From the NCBI RefSeq assembly GCF_018977255.1, contig NW_024704759.1, forward strand, positions 11,532,001-11,596,000: DNA of 64,000 nucleotides, given 5' to 3'. The translations under genes were made by a program, and so were the position numbers. Source of the stretch: Callorhinchus milii. Lineage: Eukaryota. Below the pieces are notes generated by a model, which made no database searches, had not been told where the DNA came from, and saw only the letters and a list, made by a program, of their open reading frames with translations. Shown one piece after another: positions 58,561 through 64,000 of the stretch. Numbering within the stretch: the stretch's first letter is position 1; every line of letters starts with the position of its first letter.

Positions 58561-60944
58561 ATTTACTATTATGAATAATAGGTTTATATAACCTATTATA
58601 TAACCTAAATCCAGAAAAAGCTGAAATGTGACCCAGCTTGAGTTAAAGTATCACTTAACAATTGAAAACCAACTGAAGCTTTTTTTTAAAAAAAAAGAAT
58701 TTCTACCAGCTACAATACAGAACTTTGCCAAGTCTACAGTAGTAAAGTAAAATATTAGCTTATCTTGTGCCCAGAGATGTGCCATCAATCTTCAACAGCA
58801 GCTTGCTCTGGGACCAAGTTTGTTTGTTGATGTGGAATAGCTTTGGAGTGTCAGGTTTGTGTTCTTCCATTGGGTGGACATGCAACTGGTATCTCAATGC
58901 ACGTTACCTTTGGTTGGAAGATTAGGCTATTTTGGACAATAAATGACAGTGAGCAATACTTCTTTCAAGATGCCAGATCCAAGATCTGTGATTGCACAAT
59001 TGAGCTGAGAATGTCTTATTATGTAAAACTCTGCAGTGTATCACAGGATTTCCTGCTGCTTTACAAGCTGAACGCAATTATTGTGCACATCTAGTACACG
59101 TTAGACAGAGACTAACTGTTCAATCATGTGTGTGTATTCCTCATGTGATGAGTTCTTTATGATGCTAAATCAAAGCATAATTCTTTGGAGCAGTTTCAGA
59201 TTGAATCAAAATAGTGACTGATGGGAATGGAAACCCAGTAGGTAATAGAGTTTAATGAACCTGAAGAACCAGCAATAAAAATTGGAGCACTGTACTGAAC
59301 CTTTACTCATTGAGTTCAAGTTTCAAAACACAACAGAATAACAGCAACAACTTGCATTTATATAGTGCCTCTCACGCAGAGTAGCGTTCCATAGTGCTGA
59401 ACTTTATGTATGTTTTCATTGTGTCACAAACTCAGTGTTAACCCGGATTTTTTTAAAGACGTAGATATGAACGATTTGGATTTGAAATTGGTTTAATGAA
59501 GATAATTCCTTCTATAGGAAAGTCATTGTTTCATTTCAAAATAAATGTTGGTTTGAAGAGTCGAGCTCATCTGGTACAGAAAGTATCTACCTCAGCATGT
59601 CACGTCCCCCTTCAACTTATCAGAACTTTTTTATGGCTATTTTTGCATACGTGGAGTTTATAACCAGAACTGCAACCTCAACCCAACCCTTGTTTATTTG
59701 GTATAATAAATGGAAATGATAATATTCCTTGACAAACAATTCTGCCTTCCCAGCTATTCTGCTTCTGATCCATAGAATGCTTCAACTACTTTTTCACATG
59801 TTCACCACGGCATAAAATACTTGGGTCAAAATATCTGTTATGAACAAAGGTTTTATATCAGTCACTGTATTGAAGGTATTTTTGTTTCCCAGGTTCTGAT
59901 CCACAGTTACCAAGTAGCACGAGGTTTGTGCAATGGGATAGCAGCTCCACATTAATACTGGATGATGATAACCTTTTTGCCCAAATGGCAAATGTAAATG
60001 TCAATAGATAGAAATACAGAGAGTTGGGTGTGTAACACACATGGTTTGCACCACTCACATAATAACAGACCCCAGAATTCTTAGTTATATTTGAATATAA
60101 TATATTGTTAGATTAAAAGAACACATCAACATATATTATCTTTGTTAGGAAGAACAACAAAAATCTCTATGGAAAAACTTGAATTCTCTGCAAATTAAAC
60201 ATTCATTTTTATTTGGAATGACCTCTCTTTACGAGCCCTAGTTCACCTTCCACCATCCTGGCAGTCGCTTGAAATTTCCTGTCCCAGGCTATGTACCGTT
60301 TCCCGAGATATTATTTTCTAGCAGAAATCTATCCAATTTGCTCTTGAAAGAAACAAACACATTTCTACATTGAAACTGGCATTTAAAGTGGTTGGCGACT
60401 CCGTTTAAGATTTGATTGCTCTCATTGAAAGGATGGTGAGGGAAAAGTGTTCCGAGATAGTGAAATGTTGGAGCGAGCGGTTCACAGCAGGCAGGCACCT
60501 TTTATATTGCTTTTTACAGGCAATGCACAGTCCCCAACAACACAGGCTTAACTGGATAGCCATGGAAAAAAACCTAAAATACATCAGGCCGACTTATATG
60601 GAATTTATTACAATGGCTGTGCTGTGCAAGCATATAACCAGGGTCATTGCCTTTTTCTGAGAATACTGCAGATAAAGTGACAAAACAAGTTTATCTGTTA
60701 GGATGTTTCAAAACACAATTTGGATGGAAATTAAAATGATGGAATCTAAATTAAATTTTAGTAGCGATAACAAAAGGTCCTTGTCTCCCGACTTCAGATT
60801 ATAGCCCAAATAGCAATTTTCGAAAGAGTTTGTCATTGATAGCAGTCAGGATCCCACTAGGTTTGCTGCCAATTGAATGCCTTTCGTGGACAGGATTTGA
60901 TAAAAAATGTATCTTTCTTGAGTTTCTGGCATTGAGTTTCTAAC

Positions 60945-61145
60945 TTGGTCACTCAATCCATGACTGTGTGTGGGACGCTGCTGTGCGCATTTGGCTGCCA
61001 TGTTTCGCCCAGAAAGTATACGGTCATTACACTTTACAGTATATTCTGTCAAGCGCTTTGAGACGTCTCGAAGACGTGATTATAATAAATAATCCTTGCA
61101 TTTGATACAGTGTGATAAGGCACTCTATCAAATCAAGGATTATTA
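60945..61145 (+). mobile_element. Deu-domain SINE 3' half with a small inverted tail insert
   Basis: TTGGTCACTCAATCCATGACTG...GAGACGTCTCGAAGACGTGAT, then reverse-oriented TAATCCTTGCATTTGATA, then the forward tail resumes (GTGATAAGGCAC...AAGGATTATT). Confidence 0.75.
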
Positions 61146-64000
61146 TTATTGTTAACTTGACTCACCCTCCATAGCAGTGATTCATGGTAGCACACAGCAC
61201 CATAAACACTGTCAGCCTCGGATACCTCACCCACGTGAGTGTTTTTCTTGCCTTGTCTTTTGGTCACAACTGTACCATTTACTCTGTATGTCAATAAGAC
61301 GTTGGAGACCATTTAATCACGACGTGAGTTTTAATATAAATAGAAATAAATGGATGTGGAGTGAATTACAACTGAGACACTGAATAACGAGCTGCTGTAG
61401 CATGTGATGATCAAGAAAAATGCCTCGTAAAATTTATTGAAGGTATTGTCCGATGAATAATTCTTTTGCAATCATAACGTGCACAGAATTTCTCTCCCAA
61501 TATACTTTCGCATATAGATAGGTGCAGAGTAGAAAGTTCATGTCACAGATTATGGGTATCTGATTGTTTTAGTTATTATTTACATTTATTATCCAATAAA
61601 TTGCGCAACATTGGTTTCTCATAAATAAGAAAGAAAAATAATAAAAAACAAAATCATAAAGCTTAAAAACTAATGAATTAACTGGATTGTGTTTGTTAGT
61701 GTAGAAAATACCAAAATTAGTCAGAAAAACAATGAAAAACATAGAAAAGGCCTTATTTATTATTATTATTTCTGTTTTACATAGGCTAAAGAAATGGCAA
61801 CAACACATGAATAAGTACAGCAATGAGGCAGTATTCATCAGAGACTGACAGAGGCACTGTTTTTCATAAAACATTTGTAATGAATATCAGTAAAAGTCGA
61901 CTTTACACACAGTGAAAAATGCAAGGAAGAAAACTATAAGTCATATGGTTGTACTCTTACAATAAACCATATTGTTAACTTATTTGTCATTAATCAGTAC
62001 TGTGATTTATAAAAATAATTTCATAGTTTTATGAAAAATTACATCCATATTACAATAAATTAATTAGAGCTGACATCTTTATTTGTTATGTACAAGTAAA
62101 TGCTACCTGGCATATCAGGCAGATGAAGAACTTTTATGAACATTCTCCCATTAGAGCTTCTGACAGTTTTGAGGACTAAAAGCACACCCAGATACTACAA
62201 GAGCTAAAACATTACAGTGTAAGAAGTGCAAAATCTGTAGTTACGAACCTGGCAATGTTTTCTTACAAATACTTTTGCTACAAATAGGCAGTGACCAAAT
62301 CTATTCGTTTTCATTATACGCGTGATTACCATGAACACAGTTGTATCTTAATTCATTGGTGACTGAACTTTTGATTGCAAAATCTGTACAGTATTGAGAG
62401 TCTATCACCCCTGTTGATCGCTTACACTATTGATTTCTTTGTCATCTTTGGTTAGTTTAGATTCAATATTACAGAATCAGAAAACTTATTAGAGGTTTAA
62501 AACATTGTAAAAGTCTTGAGACAAACCAAGATGCACATTGTGTACTATTTATAAATATATATATTTATGGCACCTTTTGTCTGAATTACTCATGTTTTGC
62601 CATGAGTTAATCTGCGATTTGTTTTGTCAAATGGAATAGCAACAACTGAGAATATTTAGAGTTCATAGTAACGAGGAAGGAAAGGATTAAACAAGGTGTA
62701 AATGTTGGCAAAATTGTCATTAGCTCATTCCTGAATTTTCTGACGTGATATGCCCCCTCTTAAGAAATAGATTGGTCATTTGCATCACAGTTGTGTGGAA
62801 CATTGTTGTGCTCAAATATTGACTGCCATGTTTCCTACATATACACAGTCACTGCGTTGTACAACTTTGTGAAACACTACGAGACATTCTCGGCATTATA
62901 GGCGCCGCTCCACCAAATGCGAGGATAAGAATATTATTTGCTATTCCGAAGAACAGTTTTTCCAACATTTCCTGCTTGAATTCTCATTCCAATGGTGGCC
63001 TCTCTTATTTTATTCCATGAAATAAAAAAAAAGAAATAGACTTGAGGTAGCTGCCCTTCAATTCAGCGGATTCTGGGCATGACGGGCACAATGTCAGTGC
63101 CACACAAATGGAATCAGCCGAGTGGGTACCCACAGGGACCTCGCACTGTGATTTGTTGGCAGGATGGCAGGCCTGGGTAGAGGTGTGGGCATGACAACAT
63201 CTGCTCTGCTTCTCACTGTTTAAAAGTGCCGTGTGTTCATGGTGAAAGGGCTCAGGTTATCGTGTTACCAGGTTTGAAACGGAAGCCTGAATTAATGCAA
63301 AGGTGCGAGAATGACACCACCATAGTTTGCACTCCAGCAGAGAGATTAGTTCTGCTGAACACAACTTCTCAAAAACGCTTTTAACCTGCAGACGGAACAG
63401 GCTTTTCTAGGAACCTTAACCTGCCACCAAAACACAACCTTTAAATTACCCTCCCCCCCACCCACCCACCCCCCACCTTTAAATTGTAAAGGTAAAGGAC
63501 ACATCAGGTAAAAAGTGGAAAAAAATAGCACAGTACAACACCAAGGCAAAGCTGTCATTTCAATACTATGGCTCATGTGTAATGTTCTTATATCTATTGA
63601 TTGGTTGTGAAGAATTCTTACTGCGGTGAAGGAGTTGCTATTTGAAAGCAAGATGTGTTTTTCTGGTGACGAAGAATTCACTTTCTTATGTAGCAATTCA
63701 AGTAAGTACAGCAGACCTATAAATGAGTCATTGCTACCATACAAATAATGTGCAGCGCCTATGTGATGAGTGATAAATACGTATCTTATGTGTAAAACTG
63801 TACAGGGTGTGTACACAGTTGTAAATCCAACGAATAACAACAGCTTGACAAGGCTGCTCTGGAAAACTGACATCGTTTACAACGTTTTGGATATTGACAT
63901 GGACACAATCTCTTTTATAATACGTAAATGTCTGCTTAAAAGCTAATTGTTGAAGTAATACAAAAGCGAATCTGAAAATATAGAGTACAGGAAGATGCAT

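Noticed and set aside
63346-63873. 175-aa minus-strand ORF
   Set aside because: No recognisable domain or coding-like composition; probably UTR or intergenic sequence.

Overview
Eukaryotic (vertebrate) genomic DNA from a gapped draft assembly, not prokaryotic. The repeat content (tRNA-headed Deu-domain SINEs, L2 and CR1 LINE fragments) and short introns suggest a cartilaginous fish, plausibly elephant shark; this is inference only. Reading exons by hand recovers five complete multi-exon genes of the block found on human 20q13.12: CCN5/WISP2 (+), ADA (+), PKIG (-), SERINC3 (+) and TTPAL (-). The last ~2.5 kb looks like 3'UTR and may belong to HNF4A, which is unproven. Most ORFs in the six-frame track are spurious (N-gaps, microsatellites, introns). 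I found no convincing new multi-gene system. Most notable observations: CCN5 retains a full cystine-knot exon but has a degenerate IGFBP motif; CCN5 is inverted relative to ADA compared with human; three GC-AG introns share the donor GCAAGT; both convergent gene junctions have closely opposed poly(A) signals; a uORF cluster overlaps the PKIG start codon; and inverted SINE/LINE arrangements lie in ADA introns.
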